Below, piece after piece: positions 1 to 20,465 of a DNA stretch of 64,000 bases. Source of the DNA: the human T2T-CHM13v2.0 reference genome, Homo sapiens. Numbering within the stretch: position 1 is the stretch's first letter; every line of letters starts with the position of its first letter. The notes beneath the pieces are model-generated. The model had not been told where the DNA came from and did no database searches. It worked only from the letters and a program-made list of their open reading frames with translations. The stretch lies in the NCBI RefSeq assembly GCF_009914755.1, contig NC_060926.1. One strand, 5' to 3'. The translations under genes were made by a program, and so were the position numbers.

Positions 1-493
1 AGAATATCTTTTTCCTATACATCTTTGGAAAACGTGAATTGGTAGATGCAGGGATTCTAATTACTTTTTTTGGAGTTAGTAGTATAATTTATTTAAATAC
101 AGGTTTTAATACAACCAGTGTAACGTTTCACAGAAAAAATGATATGTCAAGCTATTAATTATTTGCAGTTTACTTTGGAAATACTTCTAAATCATTGTGT
201 GAATTGAAATGACTAGTTGTAGTAATTATTGAGTAGGCTTGATGAGTTAATAGAACAAGTTGTTCTATGAGGACTTACAAGCACAAGAGAAAAAAAAAGG
301 CTTAAGTAAAATGATAGATTAAAGGTTTAGGATGAACACAACTAACACATATGTAGAGTCCCATATGCCATGAAGACCATGAGGCACAATGTCAGCCTTG
401 AGTCAAACAGTCCTATTTATAGAAATGATTCCTAAGTAGAAATTTCTCACAATAAAGATTCAGAACCTTTTAAGAAACTTCACCTAAGATGAG

Positions 494-899
494 TGTATTA
501 GCCCGTTCTTGCATTGCTATGAAGAAATACCTGAGACTGGGTAATTTATAAAGAAAAGAGGTTTAAATTGCTCATGGTTCTACAGGCTGTATAGGAAGCT
601 TGGTGCTGGCATCTGCTCAGCTTCTGGGGAGGCCTCAGGAAATTCATAATTATGGTGGAAGGCGAAGGGGAAGCAGGCATGTCACATGGCCAGAGCAGGA
701 GCAAGAGAGTGATGGAGTTGTGGGGGGTTGCACACACTTTTAAATGACTAGATCTTTCATGAACACTTACACACACTCTAAACCATTCATGAGAAACCGC
801 CCCCATGATCCAATCAGCTTCCACCAGGCCCCACCTCCAACACTGGGGATTACATTTCAACATGAGATTTGGGTGGGGACACATATCCAAACTATATTA
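494..899 (-). mobile_element. MSTA-type MaLR solo LTR
   Basis: TGTATTAG...GAAATACCTGAGACTGGGTAATTTATAAAGAAAAGAGG...GGGGACACATATCCAAACTATATTA; 5-bp TSD ATGAG at 489-493 and 900-904. Confidence 0.9.
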
Positions 900-1183
900 A
901 TGAGGAATGTATTTTATTCTTCCCCTCTAGGCTTCCTTTGTTACAGAGCTTATGGTTCTTGGAGTTTGAATGTTCAAATTAAAAAGTGTATCCAGAGACA
1001 TGGAAAGTAAACTTTCCCCACTGGCATCATTAATTACATATTCTGGACCCAAGTTCTGCTTGTGAACCTGATCTTGGAGTCATGAGCTTTGCCAATTTTT
1101 CTTGCTCTATTTTTATTTCTGTTGCCTGTATGATTTTTTTTTAAAAAAAGGTCTCCTAAATTTTGGTGAAACTTTGCTACTTG

Positions 1184-1623
1184 TGTTAAACAAAATTTAG
1201 AGGCGGCCTTTGGTTTGGACTGAGATCCTGCACTAGGTCTGACAGGCCAAACCCAAATGGAGTCACTCATGCTGAAGCTCCACACCACCAAGCTGAAACT
1301 AAGTTGTTTATCTGACCTTCCCAGAAATAGAGAGAGAGCTATAATAGCCAAATCCCCAAGCAGGCTGGTTTTAGTTGGCATGATAAGGAAGTCCCTTCTG
1401 CTTTAGCCTTCACAAGGAAAGTAACTTTGAAATGACCAATCTACTTTTTGTTCTGTTGCTGCTTTATTCAGCTCTTTTCTATCTGTAAAGCCAACCTCCT
1501 CTGCTCAGCTCATGGGAACACTCATCCTATCTTACAGAATGAGGTGTTGCCCGATTCTAGAATCACAAATAAAAGCCAATTTATATCGTTAAACTAAATT
1601 TGTTGTAATTTTGTCTTTTGACA
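1184..1623 (+). mobile_element. ERV1-class solo LTR (MER4-group-like; exact family uncertain)
   Basis: TGTTAAA...TTTTGACA termini, CCAAT-like and AATAAA motifs, 4-bp near-TSD CTTG/CTTT. Confidence 0.7.
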
Positions 1624-2164
1624 CTTTTGAAGTCTGATAATCCTATTTTTATATCTTTTCATCCCTGCTCAGAATGAGGTATAGCTTTTTGACCTACACC
1701 ATCATGGTTAGAGTTAAGAGAAAAGATTCTTTATACTTCTATTTTAAAAATTGATTTCCTACCGTAGAGGTCCTTCATGCTAACAGCTTGCTTTCTATGG
1801 TACTGATCATTAAAATATTTCTGCCCCAACTATCATTTCTGACAGTCATTTTTAGGAGGCGTTCGAAGAACTAAATAAAAGATAGCCTCCTAAATTTGGA
1901 TTTCTTTACATGTCGAACTCTATTATCTCCTTATTACAGATATCAGGCTCTTTCCTCTGTCCCCTCCCCAACAACATTTATTTCTATACATGGATATTCT
2001 CCTTTAGTGAGAAAATAGTGGATAGCAGTAGACTGAACTGACTGGTTCAGCTGCTAGAACAGGAAAAAGATAACAAAAGAAAATAATCTTATAGCACATT
2101 GTTTCTGGAGTCATGGTGGTTTCCCAATTATTTGTAGTAACCCCAATCGATATGTAATTCAATA

Positions 2165-2420
2165 GTATCTATTGAAAACTTCCTATGTGAAAACACATAG
2201 GAAGTATGCTAAACTCTGTTTGCATTTACATTATCTTACTTATTACTCCCAGTAACTCTGTGATCAGGTGGATATTATTATTTGCCTCATTTTACAGATC
2301 AGGAAATTGGGGCAAACTGTAATTAGGTGACTTCCTCCAAAGATACACACTGTTAAGGGGCAGAAGAGAAAATAAGACTTTTGCTGTTTGGTGTCTAAGC
2401 CCAAACTCTTACCTGCTATA
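2165..2420 (-). mobile_element. MIR SINE, diverged
   Basis: core CTCATTTTACAGATCAGGAAATTGGGGC...AGGTGACTT. Confidence 0.7.
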
Positions 2421-2579
2421 CTTCACTCTTTCTCTTTTAAGAGATATGCAGCAAGTGCTTACTAAAAACTTGTTGACAAATGTTCACAGTTGCATGGAGA
2501 TATTTTACTTAGACATCCACATTCATTTAAATTAGCATTGAAGATCTGTATATGTAACTGTCACACTCAAAAGCATTTT

Positions 2580-3617
2580 TTTTTTTATTATACTTCAAGT
2601 TCTGGGGTACATGTGCACAACGTGCAGGTTTGTTACATAGGTATACATGTGCCATGTTGGTTTGCCGCACCCGTCAACTCGTCATTTGCATTAGGTGTTT
2701 CTCCTAATGCTAACCCTCCCCCAGCCCCCCACCCCACAACAGGCCCAGGAGTGTGATGTTCCCTACTCTGTGGCCAAGTGTTCTCATTTTTCAATTCCCA
2801 CCTATGAGTGAGAACATGCGGTGTTTGCTTTTCTGTCCTTGTGATGCTTTGCTCAGAATGATGGTTTCCAGCTGCATCCATGTTCCTGCAAAGGACATGA
2901 ACTCATCCTTTTTTATGGCTAAATAGTATTCCATGGTGTATATGTGCCACATTTTCTTAATCCAGTCTATCATTGATGGACATTTGGGTTGGTTCGAAGT
3001 CTTTACTATTGCAAATAGTGCCACAATAAACATTCGTGTGCATGTGTCTTTATAGTAGCATGATTTATAATCCTTTGGGTATATACCCAGTAATGGGATG
3101 GCTGGGTCAAATGGTATTTCTAGTTCTAGATCATTGAGGAATCACCACACTGTCTTCCACAATGGTTGAACTAGTTTACACTCCCACCAACAGTGTAAAA
3201 GCATCCCTATTTCTCTACATCCTCTCCAGCATCTGTTGTTTCCTGACTTTTTAATGATCGCCATTCTAACTGGTGTGAGATGGCATCTCATTGTGGTTTT
3301 GATTTGCATTTCTCTGATGACCAGTGATGATGAGCATTTTTTCATGTGTCTATTGGCTGCATGAATGTCTTCTTTTGAGAAGTGTCTGTTCATATCCTTT
3401 GCCCACTTTTTGATAGGGTTGTTTGTTTTTTTCTTGTAAATTTGTTTAAGTTCTTTGTAGATTCTGGACATTAGCCCTTTGTCAGATGGGTAGATTGCAA
3501 AAATTTTCTCCCATTCTATAGGTTGTCTGCTCACTCTGATGGCAGTTTCTTTTGCTGTGCAGAAGCTCTTTAATTTAATTACATCCCATTTGTCTATTTT
3601 GGCTTTTGCTGCCGTTG
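2580..3617 (-). mobile_element. 5'-truncated L1PA5/6-like LINE-1 (3'UTR and ORF2 C-terminus)
   Basis: poly-T followed by ATTATACTTCAAGTTCTGGGGTACATGTGCAC; ORF2 C-terminal peptide in ORF 3142..3648; TSD AAAAGCATTTT at 2569-2579 and 3618-3628. Confidence 0.93.
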
Positions 3618-3863
3618 AAAAGCATTTTCTTAAGATATAGATTTTCATCTTCTTTGGTCCTTATGTTTGTCTTATTCTCTAATATTGTGGCTAGGGTTAT
3701 ATTTTGGACAGCTGTGGCATTCATGCAGTGAGGGTGGAATTAGAGCTTTACAGGAATCAATCTGATGCACTTTTTGGAAGATATGTAGACTCTCTAGGTG
3801 TAAAATGCTCTCTAGGTATGAAATGGTTGAGCTGGTTAATTTTATTGTTTGAATCTTCTGTAG

Positions 3864-4068
3864 CAAGTGCTGGCAAGCTTTCCTTAAAGGACAGGTAGTA
3901 TTTTGGGTTTTTCAGACCATATAGTTTCTGTCATAACTACTCAACTCTGCTGCTGTAATGCAAAAGCAGCCATAGCAAATATGTAAATGAATGGGCATAG
4001 TTGTCTTCCAAGAAAATTTTATTTATAAATATAGGTAGCCAGCTTGGAAGCTAGAATTTGCTGACTTG
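3864..4068 (+). mobile_element. MER58A hAT-Charlie DNA transposon fossil
   Basis: ACTACTCAACTCTGCTGCTGTAATGCAAAAGCAGCCATAG...TTTATTTAT. Confidence 0.8.
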
Positions 4069-4099
4069 TTCTATTACTTTGTTTATTTGTTGTCTATCT

Positions 4100-4331
4100 C
4101 AAGGGTTCCCAAACCATGGGCCATAGACCTGTACAGGTCTGCAGCCTGTTAGAAACTGGGTTGCACAGCAGGAGGTGAGTGGCGGTGAGTGAGCTTTACC
4201 ACCTGAGCCTTGCCTTCTGTCTGATCAGCGGTAGCGTTAGATTCTCATAGCACAGTGCAAGGAATCTAGGTTGTGCACGCCTTATGAGAATCTAGTGCCT
4301 GATGATCTGAGGTGGAACGGTTTCCCCTGAA
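4100..4331 (+). mobile_element. MER1B hAT-Charlie fossil, 3'-truncated
   Basis: GCACAGCAGGAGGTGAG...TTAGATTCTCATAG...CCTTATGAGAATCTAGTGCCTGATGATCTGAGGTGGAAC. Confidence 0.85.
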
Positions 4332-4332
4332 G

Positions 4333-4436
4333 ACTATGAACTCTGAGTCAGGCTGACTGAGTTTGAATCTTGGTGCTGCCTCTTGTTCAGTTTCCTTACC
4401 CTCTCTGTGCCTCAGTATCCTCATCTGTAAAATAGA
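4333..4436 (+). mobile_element. MIR fragment
   Basis: CTCTCTGTGCCTCAGTATCCTCATCTGTAAAAT core. Confidence 0.75.
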
Positions 4437-4639
4437 GTCTCACTTCTCTCTGACTGCAGCTTCCAGCCCCATCTTCCCTGAAGAAATGTCATTTATTATC
4501 ATCCAGTTTTACTTCTGGATTATTATGCATGTTCATTCACTTTTTCTGCCTTTGCTTTTTTAGATAAAATATACTTTACTGAATTATTTGCTCACCTTAA
4601 CTTCCATGTATCTGGCATTACTATTTTTTTCTTTTTGTT

Positions 4640-5400
4640 ACAGTCCTTTTTCTAAGGGTGTTTTTGCAGTAGGTCTTGTGTGGTAAATCTTCTGAGGCTT
4701 TGCATACAAAGAATATCCTTATTGTCTTCTCATATTTAAATGATAGATTACTGGACATGAAATTCTACCTTTAATGTAATTTTCCTGAATCACTTTAAAA
4801 ATATTCTTCCATTGTCTCTAGTGTAAATGTTGAGAAGACGGGTAACAATCTCAACTTTGTTCTTTATAGTTGAATTGCTCTTTCTTTCTGAAAGCTTTAC
4901 TCATTTAATCTCAAATTTTGAAGTGCTTCAGTTTTTTCCCATTGATGTCTAGATTTTGGGTTTTCTTTACCCTCTCTCTTCTGTAAGGTCCTTGGCACTC
5001 TGAGTCTTTACAAACTGAGGTGTTTCATCTTTCATTCTGAGAAATTGGCAGTCATTAATTTTTCAAATATTTACTTCCTTCTGTTTACTTTGTTTTCTTA
5101 TTCTGGGACTCCCATTACATTATTATACAGATGGTAACACTATTCTTATATCTTTTCATGCATTCATATCCTTCATCTATTCCATCTGTTACTCCATTCC
5201 TGAATCCTTCTGGTATGGTTGTTTTCTTTGGTCTTCCAACTCTCTAAGGTAGCTTTCTGCTCTATCCATGCTGCCTGTCATGGTTCTTCACTGATTCTTT
5301 AAAATTCTTGTTTCTGCATCATGTAACCAATACTTGATTTTATGCTTACCTTAAATTCCTAATCTATTTGTTCCATGAATTAATCTCTGCTATGTATTAT
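4640..5400 (-). mobile_element. ancient L1M (L1ME-like) fragment
   Basis: T-rich, degenerate similarity to the L1 ORF1 region in antisense (e.g. CTGGACATGAAATTCT, TTCTGGGACTCC). Confidence 0.5.
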
Positions 5401-7157
5401 GGTTTGTTGTCTTGTTTTACAGCACTTATGCCCTTCTAATGCCATTTTCCTTCCAAGCCTATATTTCTCTGGGGATATTTGCTACCTTGGCTTATAATGA
5501 GTATTTCGGGAGAGGAGTCCAAGCTTAGGCCTCAGTTTGCCAATCTCCTGGTGAATTTGGGATGCCATTTCTTCCCCACCTTCTGGATCCCCAAAGATCT
5601 CTTATGGGTTTTGTGTTAGCATTTTAAATGCACTTGATTCTCTCTAGCTGTTTTTTTATTTTACTTTGTTTGTTTTGCCTTAAGATGAGGTTCAGGATAG
5701 AATGCCACAAGTGTACATCCTTTATAATATTGCCGGTTCTTAAGCTATATCGCTGTTTTGAAAAGGATGGTGTATAACCTGGTCTCTTTCCAAATTTCAG
5801 TGATTTGGATAATTGACGCATATTACTGTGTAATCGACTTGGCCATACCAATCACTGTCTCTGGGGACTGCTGACATGCCTAGAATGCTATATTGCAGTT
5901 CAGTGTGCCTGCAATATATGGATTTGGCTTAAATTTTCTTGTCTTGTTGGGCTCAAGAAGGCCAATACTCTATTCGCAAGGGCATAATTCATGTACTTGA
6001 ATGATGATTTTCTGGTTCTACCTTTAGTAATCCTTACCAGTCTTGATAATATACTATGACAGGAAAGTCACATCTTACAATTTATGTTATTTTAATAAAA
6101 AGTTTAAATTGAATTTTACTTCCATTGATTTCTGCAAAGTGAAGCAATTCACTTTAGCATTATAAATTCTGCACCTACACCAGGTCTGTCAAGCAATAAT
6201 GATGAAGAACGATGCTCTTTCTGGTTTTTTCATTTTCATGCAACTTCCTACTTTTCTAAGTCTTCTTGTGGGGAGATTTGCTTGAGAGTTTGATGGGGTA
6301 TTTTATCACCAGCCTTATGGCACTCACGTAATATCTGTCTTTTGGAAGGAAAAAAATTGGATTTAAACGTAGGTTAAATTGCTTTCTTTTTGAAGAAGCT
6401 CCTGTTGAGGTTCTGAATGATGGTTAATTTAATTGATAAAATAAGTAGTGTTAAAGTGCTGAAATTAATTTTCAAGATGGCATGTAGAATCTTTCTTAAA
6501 GGTCTTTAAATACAGGATATATTTTTATCTTTCTGAGGTGGCTGGCTTAGGGGTATTTTTAAAGATGGAAGGGTTGAGATGATATATTTTCTAACTCTAT
6601 TTGAGCCCTTTGATTGAAACTGCTCTCCCATTTTAGCTGAAAAATGCACCTTTAAAAAAGTGCTTTTGTGCAATTGATACCAAAGATAGACATACAGCCT
6701 TGAAAGAATGATATGCCATCTGAAGTTTTGTATTAACCAATTTTTTTCCCCTATTGCTCCCAATCATTTGTATCTCCTCCTATTACTCTTTATTTTTGTC
6801 CTAACAACGCTTGACTCATTCTCTCTATTCCTCCCTAAACTTGGTATAGACTTTATATATTTTTAGAGAGTTGTCTTCTATGTACACTCACTTCACCCCT
6901 TCTAATCTGTCCTCCCCCCACACCTCAAATAAACATGTCATAATGGTCTAGACTAAAACAAAAAATATTTCTGTGGAAGTGGCCCGACTTTTCCCGAGCT
7001 TTCTCAATTATTGTAATACTCTTGACCCCTTTCTGCCCCCTCCTGCATTTCTCTCAGGGAAAAAGCGAATTATTTTCCTGATTAAACTGGGAACAGGAAG
7101 TGGGCATGTTTGAGTGTTCAACAGGTTATCCCTTTCCATTTTCTTGTGAGACCCTTC

Positions 7158-7556
7158 TGTGTTAGGTCATTCTTGCATTGCTATAAAGAACTACTTGAGA
7201 CTGGGTAATTTATAAAGAAAAGAGGTTTAATTGGCTCATGGATCTGCAAGCTGAACAAGCATGGCACCACCATCTGCTTTGCTTCTGGGGAGGCCTCAGG
7301 GAGATTTTACTCATGGAGGAAGGTAAAGTGGGAGCAGGCACTTCACATGGAGAAAGCAGGAGCAAGAGAGTGGAGTGGGGGAGATGCCATACTTTGCAAC
7401 AACCAGATCTTGCAAAAACTCACTTACTATCTCGGGGACAGCACCAAGCCATTAGGGATCCACCCCCATGACCCAAACACCTCCCATCAGGTCCCACCTC
7501 CAACACTGGAGATTGCATCTCAGCATGAAATTTCGAAGGGACATCCAAACGTACTA
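7158..7556 (-). mobile_element. MST-family (MSTA/B) MaLR solo LTR
   Basis: TTCTTGCATTGCTATAAAGAACTACTTGAGACTGGGTAATTTATAAAGAAAAGAGG; TSD CCTTC at 7153-7157 and 7557-7561. Confidence 0.9.
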
Positions 7557-7640
7557 CCTTCTTCCATTTTCTCATGGGATCCAGTTGACCAAGTTGCCCC
7601 AAGAGAGCATGCATTTTTTTCTGCTCCTCCAAGCTGCAAA

Positions 7641-7708
7641 GTTGTTGTTGTTGTTTTGAGACAGAGTCTCGCTCTGTCACCCAGGCTGGAGAATAGTGGC
7701 AAAATCTC
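7641..7708 (-). mobile_element. Alu 3' fragment with (GTT)n tail
   Basis: TTTTGAGACAGAGTCTCGCTCTGTCACCCAGGCTGGAG. Confidence 0.85.
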
Positions 7709-7819
7709 AGGTCACTCAAGTGGAAAAGTTTACAGGGCAACTTGCCTCCATCTGTGCCCAAGGAGAAACTTGATTGTTCCAGCACTTCCTGCATGTGGGT
7801 GGAGAAGTCTTTCTAATTC

Positions 7820-9369
7820 TGAGGTTCTGTCCATTTATTGAAATTACTAAGTGTTTGGATTTAAATCTACCATCTTGGCCGGGTGTGGTGACTCACTCCT
7901 GTAATCTCAGCGCTTTGGGAGGTCGAGGCAGGTGGATCACTTGAGGCCAGGACTGGCCAACATGGTGAAACCTGGACAACATGGTGAAACCCCGTCTCTA
8001 CTAAAAATAAAGAAATTAGCCAGGCGGAGTGGCGCATGCCTGTAATCCCAGCTACTGAGTAGGCTGAGGCACAAGAATCACTTGAGCCTGGAGGCGGAGG
8101 TTGCAGTGAGCCAAGATTGTGCCACGCACCCCAGCTTGGGAACGGAGCAAGACTCCGTCTCAAAAAATGAAATGAAATGAAATAAAATAAATCTATCATC
8201 TTATTTTGTGCTATTTGTCCCACTTGTTCTTTTTTTTCTTTAATGCCTTCTTTTGAATTTAATTATGATTCCATTGTTTAAAAATCTAGTAGTTTAGGAA
8301 TTACATTAAACATTCTTTTAGTGCTCACTCTCAAAATTAAAAAATGCATTTATAATTATCAAAAATATTCATTAATAATTTATAAAAGTCTAATGTTAAT
8401 AAATATTTTTACTCTTCTACCAGATAATACAAAGAACCTTAGAATAGTTTAGCTCCATTTATTACCCTTCTAACTTATATATTACTGTTGCCAAGGAATT
8501 TTGCTATAATATTTTAAATGCCATAAGATGTTGTTTTTATTTTATACAGCCAATATTCTTTTGTATTTATCCATATGTTTACTGTCTTACTTGTACTTTA
8601 TTCTCTGCTGCATTTTGAAACTTCCATCTCAGATCGTTTTTCTTTTGCGTGAAGTATATTCTTTAAAATTTCCTTCTGGTCTTCTGGTGATAACTTCATT
8701 TTTGTTTTTTTAAACGTAAACATGTCAGTATTTTCTCTTCATTTTTGAAAGTTATTTTCACTGGGTATGAATTCTACATTGGTATTCACTGATTGCCCCC
8801 ACCTCCCTGGCCCCAGCATATTGAAAATACTCTACTATTTTCTGGTTTCCATTGTTGCTATAGTGAAGTCAGCTGTAATTCTAACTTTTGATCTTTTGAA
8901 GGTCTTTTTACTTAAACTGTTTTTAAGATTTCCTGTTAGTCTTTGTTTTCTGCCATTTGATATGATGTATCTAGGTGTGGATTTTTTTTTATGTCTCCTG
9001 TTAAGGATTTGCTTGTCTTCTTGGATTTGTGGATTAATGTATTTCATCAGTTTTTAATTCTTCTCAGCTCCTCTCTTTCTTTAGATATTGCCTCTGAAAC
9101 ATTCTTTCTTCTTTTTTGGGGACTCCAATGAAATATATGTTATAAGCTCTCAACATAGTCTCTATCTTTTTTTTTTCTGAATTTTCTGTCCTATATTCTA
9201 GAGTTTCTTTTGACACGTCTTTCAATTCACTAATTTTCTCTTTATCTCTAATACGGTGCTCAAATCATCCACTGAGTTCTTAATTTTAGATATTATATAA
9301 TTTTTAGTCTTTTACTTGCTTTCATTTTAGACTTTTTGTTGTTTTTCTTATTTTCTATTTAATTTTCTT
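7820..9369 (-). mobile_element. ancient L1ME/L1MC-like element, outermost host of the first nest (appears to resume at ~22140-22900)
   Basis: degenerate L1M similarity continuing across the Alu and the younger L1 insertion. Confidence 0.55.
7877..8187 (+). mobile_element. AluS-type SINE lacking its B box
   Basis: dimeric Alu; TSD TAAATCTA(C/T)CATCTT at 7862-7876 and 8188-8202. Confidence 0.95.
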
Positions 9370-12300
9370 TCCTTTTTTTTCTAACTATTATTTTAGGTTT
9401 GGGGGTACATATACAGGTTGGTTATACGGGTAAATTTTGTGATATGGGGGTTTGGTGTAAGATTATTTTGCCACTCAGGTAATAAGCACAGTACTTACTC
9501 TCCTCACCCTCCTCCCATTCTCCACCCTCAAGTAGGCCCCTGTGTCTATTGTTCCTTTCTTTGTGTCCATGTGTACTCAATGTTTAACTCCCACTTATAA
9601 GTGAGAACATGTGCTATTTGTTTTTCTGTTTCTGCATTAATTCACTTAGGATAGATCCACCCACATTGCTGCAAAGGACATTATTTCCTTGTTTTTTATG
9701 GCTGCATAGTATTCCATGGTGTATAGGTACCATATTTCTTTATCTAATCAGTGATTGATGGGCCTCTAGGTTGGTTTCATGTCTTTGCCATTGTGAATAG
9801 TGCTGCAATGAACATACATGTGCAAGTTTCTTTATGGTAGAATGATTTATATTCCTTTGGGTGTACAACCAATAATGGGATTCCTGGGTCTAATGGTAAT
9901 TTTGTTTAAGTCCTTTGAGATTTCTCCATACTGCTTTCCACAGTGGTTGAATTAATTTACATTCTCACCAGTAGTGTATAAATTTTCTGTTTTCTCTAAA
10001 ACCTTGCTGTCATCTGTTATTTAAAAAAGTTTTAGTAGTAGCCATTCTGACTGATGTGAGATGGTATCTCATTGTGGTTTTGATGTGCATTTTTCTAATG
10101 GTTGGTTATGTAGAGCATTTTTTCATATATTTGTTGGCTGCATGTATGTCTTCTTTTGAGAAGTGTCTGTTCATGTTCTTTGCCCGTTTTTTAATGGGGT
10201 TGTTTTTTGCTTGTTAATTTAAGTTTCTTATAGATTCTGGAAATTAGACCATTTTCAGATGCAGAGTTTACAAATATTTTCTCTCATTCTGTAGTTTGCC
10301 TGTTTACTCTGTTGATAGTTTCTTTTGCCGTGCAGGAACTGTTTAGTTTAATTACCTCTCATTTGTCAATTTTTGTTTTTGTTGCAATTGATTTTGGTTC
10401 CTCTGTTATAAAATTGTTGCCAGGGCCTATGTCCAGAGTGGTATTTCCTAGGTTTTCTTCTAGGATTTTTATAGTTTTAAGTTCAACATTTAAGTTCTTG
10501 CTCTATCTTGAGTTGATTTTTGTACATGGTGAAAGAAATGTGTCCAGATTCAATCTTCTGTATATGACGAACTGGTTATCTCAGCACCATTTATTGAATA
10601 GGGAGTCCTTTCCTCATTGTTTGTTTTTACCAACTCTGTTGATCAGATGGTTATAAGCATTTGGCTTTATTTCTGGGTTCTCTATTCTGTTCCATTGGTC
10701 TATGTATCTGTTTTTGTACCAGTACCATGCTGTTTTGGTTACTGTAGGCTTGTAGTATAGTTTTAAGTCAGGTAGTGTGATGTCTCTGGCTTTGTTCTTT
10801 TTGCTTAGGATCTCTTGGCTATTCAGGCTCTTTTTTGGTTCCGTATAAATTTTAGAATAGTTTTTTTGAAATTCTGTGAAAAATGTCATTGGTAATTTGA
10901 TAGGAATAACATTTATCTGTAAACTGCTTTGGGCAGTATGGCCATTTTAATAATATTGATTCTTCCTATCCATAAACGTGAAATATTTTTCCATCTGTTT
11001 GTGTCCTCTGTGATTTCTTTCAGTAGTGTTTTGTAATTCTCATTGTAGAGATCTTTCACCTCCCTGATTAGCTATGCTCCTAGGTATTTCTGTGCGTGTG
11101 TGGCAATTATGAATGAGATTGCATTCTTTGGCTCTCAGCATGGACTTTGTGGTGTATAGGAATGTTACTGATTTTTTTACAGTGATTTTGTATCCTGAAA
11201 CTTTGAAGTTGTTTATCATGTGTAGGAGCTTTTGGGAAGAGACTATGGGGTTTTCTAGATGTAGAATAATATTAGCTGCAAAGAGATGTAGTTGACTTTC
11301 TCTCTTCCTATTTGAATGCCTTTTATTTCTTCCTTGTGCCTGATTGCTCTGGTTAGGACTGCCAGTTTTATGTTGGATAGGAATGGTGAGAATGGGCATC
11401 CTGGTCTTGTTCCAGTTCTCAATGGGAGTGCTTCCAGCCTTTGCTCATTCAGTATGATGTTAGCTGTGCGTTTGTCATAGATGGCTCTTATTATTTTGAG
11501 GTATGTTCTTTTAATGCTTAGTTTGTTGAGTGCTTTTTTTTAAACATAAAGGATGTTGAGTTTTATCGAAAGTCTTTTCTGTGTCCATTCAGATGATCAT
11601 GTGGTTTTCGTTTTTAGTTCTGTTTTATGTGATGAACCACATTTATTGATTTGCATATGTTGAACCAACCTTGCCTCCCAGGGATAAACCCTACTTGATT
11701 GTGGTGGATTAGTGTTTTGATGTGCTGTTGGATTAAGTTTGCTAGTATTTTAAAGATTTTTGCATCTATGCATCAGGGATATTGACCTGAAGTTTTAGTT
11801 TTTTGTTGTGTCTGCCAGATTTTGGTGTCAGAATGATGCTGGCCTCATAGAATGAGTTAGGGAGTTCTTCCTCCTCAATTTTTTGGAATGGTTGCAGTAT
11901 GATTGGTACCAATTCTTCTTTATGAATCTGGCTGTGAACCCATTTGGTCCAGGGCTTTTTCTGGTTTGTAGGCTTTTTATTACTGATTTGATTTCAGAAC
12001 TCATTATTGGTCTGTTCAGGGTTTCAATTTCTTCCTGGTTCAATCTTGGGAGATTTTGTGTTTCTAGGAATTAATCCATTTCTTGTAGGTTTTCTAGTTT
12101 GTATCCACCGAGGGGTTCATAAAAATCTCTGAGGGTTTTTTGGTATTTGTATGGGGTTGGTGGTGATGTCCTCTGTCATTTCTGATGGTGTTTATTTGGA
12201 TCTTCTCTTTTTCTTTTTTAGTTTTTTAGCCTAGCTAGCAGTCTATCTTAAAAAAAAAAAACAACCCAGAAAACCACTATTTGGTTTCATTGATATTTTA

Positions 12301-12666
12301 TATGTTTTTTTGCATCTCAGTTTCATTAAGGTCACCTCTCATTATGACGATTTCATATATTCTGCTAGCTTTGGGTTAGGTTTGCTATTGTTTTTTACTT
12401 CCTCTAGGTGTGATGTTAGGTTGCAATTGGAGATCTTTCTAACTTTTTGATACGGACATTTAGCACTATAAACTTTCATCTTAACACTGCTTTAGCTATG
12501 TTCCAGAGATTCTGATACGTTGTACCTGTTTTCATTAGTTTTGAAGAATTTCTTGATTTCTCCCTTAATTTCATTGTTCACCCAAAAGTCATTCAATAGC
12601 ATGTTGTTTACTTCCCATGTAATTGTATTGTTTTGAGTGATATTCTTAATATTGATTTCTATTTTT
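9370..12666 (-). mobile_element. L1PA15/16-like LINE-1, 3' part
   Basis: 3'UTR TTTTAGGTTTGGGGGTACATATACAGG...; broken ORF2 peptides (10614..10889, 11828..12043). Confidence 0.88.
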
Positions 12667-19136
<6,470 letters not shown>

Positions 19137-19985
19137 TGATTTGTATTTTTATTGTGCTGTGATTTGAGAGTGTGGTTGGAATGATTTTGGTTTCTTGGAC
19201 TTTGCCAAGAATTGTTTTATGGCTGATTGTGTGGTCAGTTTTAGAGTATGTGCCATGTGCAGATGAGGAGAGAATGTATATTCTCTTGTTTTGTGACGAA
19301 AGTTCTGTAGATGTCTGTCAGGTCCATATGGTCAAGTGTCAAGATCACGTCCCAAATATCTTTGTTAGTTTTCTCCCTCAATGATCTGTCTAAAAGTGTC
19401 AGTGGGGCCTTGAAGTCTCCCAGTGTTATTGTGTGGTTATCTATGTCTCTTCATAGGTTTCTGTTACCTTGTTTCATTAATCTGGGATTTCCAGGTTGGG
19501 TGCTTATGTATTTAGGATAATTATGTCTTCTTTCTGAATTGTACCCTTTACTATTATGTTATGTAATGCCCTTCTTGGTCTTTTCTGATTGTTGTTATTT
19601 TGAAGTCTGTTTCGTCTGGAATTATCAATTACTGTCCTTCTGATTTTCTGTTTGCTTGGTAGATTTTTCTTCATCCCTGTATTTTGAGCCTTTGGGTGCA
19701 TTGCATGTGAGATGGGTCTCTTGAAGACAGCATACAGTGGGGTCTTGCTTCTTTATTCAGCTTGCCCCTCTGTCTGTGCCCTTTTTAGTGGGACATTTGG
19801 TCCATTTGTATTAAAGGTTAATATTGATCTGTGTGGGTTTGATCTTTTGTTGTTAACTGGTTGTTATGCAGACTTTATTATGTAGTTGTTATGTAGTCGT
19901 TTTATAGTGTCAATGGTTTATGTATGTAAGGGTGTGTTTTGGTGGCTGGTAATGCTCTTTCATTTCCATGTTTAGCATTCCCTTA

Positions 19986-20376
<391 letters not shown>

Positions 20377-20465
20377 GACAAGAATTTTATATCTCATTTG
20401 CTTGTGAAGCTTACTGTGGCTGGATATGAAATTCTTGGTTAGAATTTCTTTTCTTTAAGAGTACT

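Noticed and set aside
5889-5918. 10-bp perfect inverted repeat TATATTGCAG/CTGCAATATA
   Set aside because: Real but short; roughly expected by chance in 64 kb of AT-rich DNA.
6000-6300. C/D box snoRNA (ATGATGA at ~6001 and ~6199)
   Set aside because: No CTGA D box at a suitable distance and no terminal stem.
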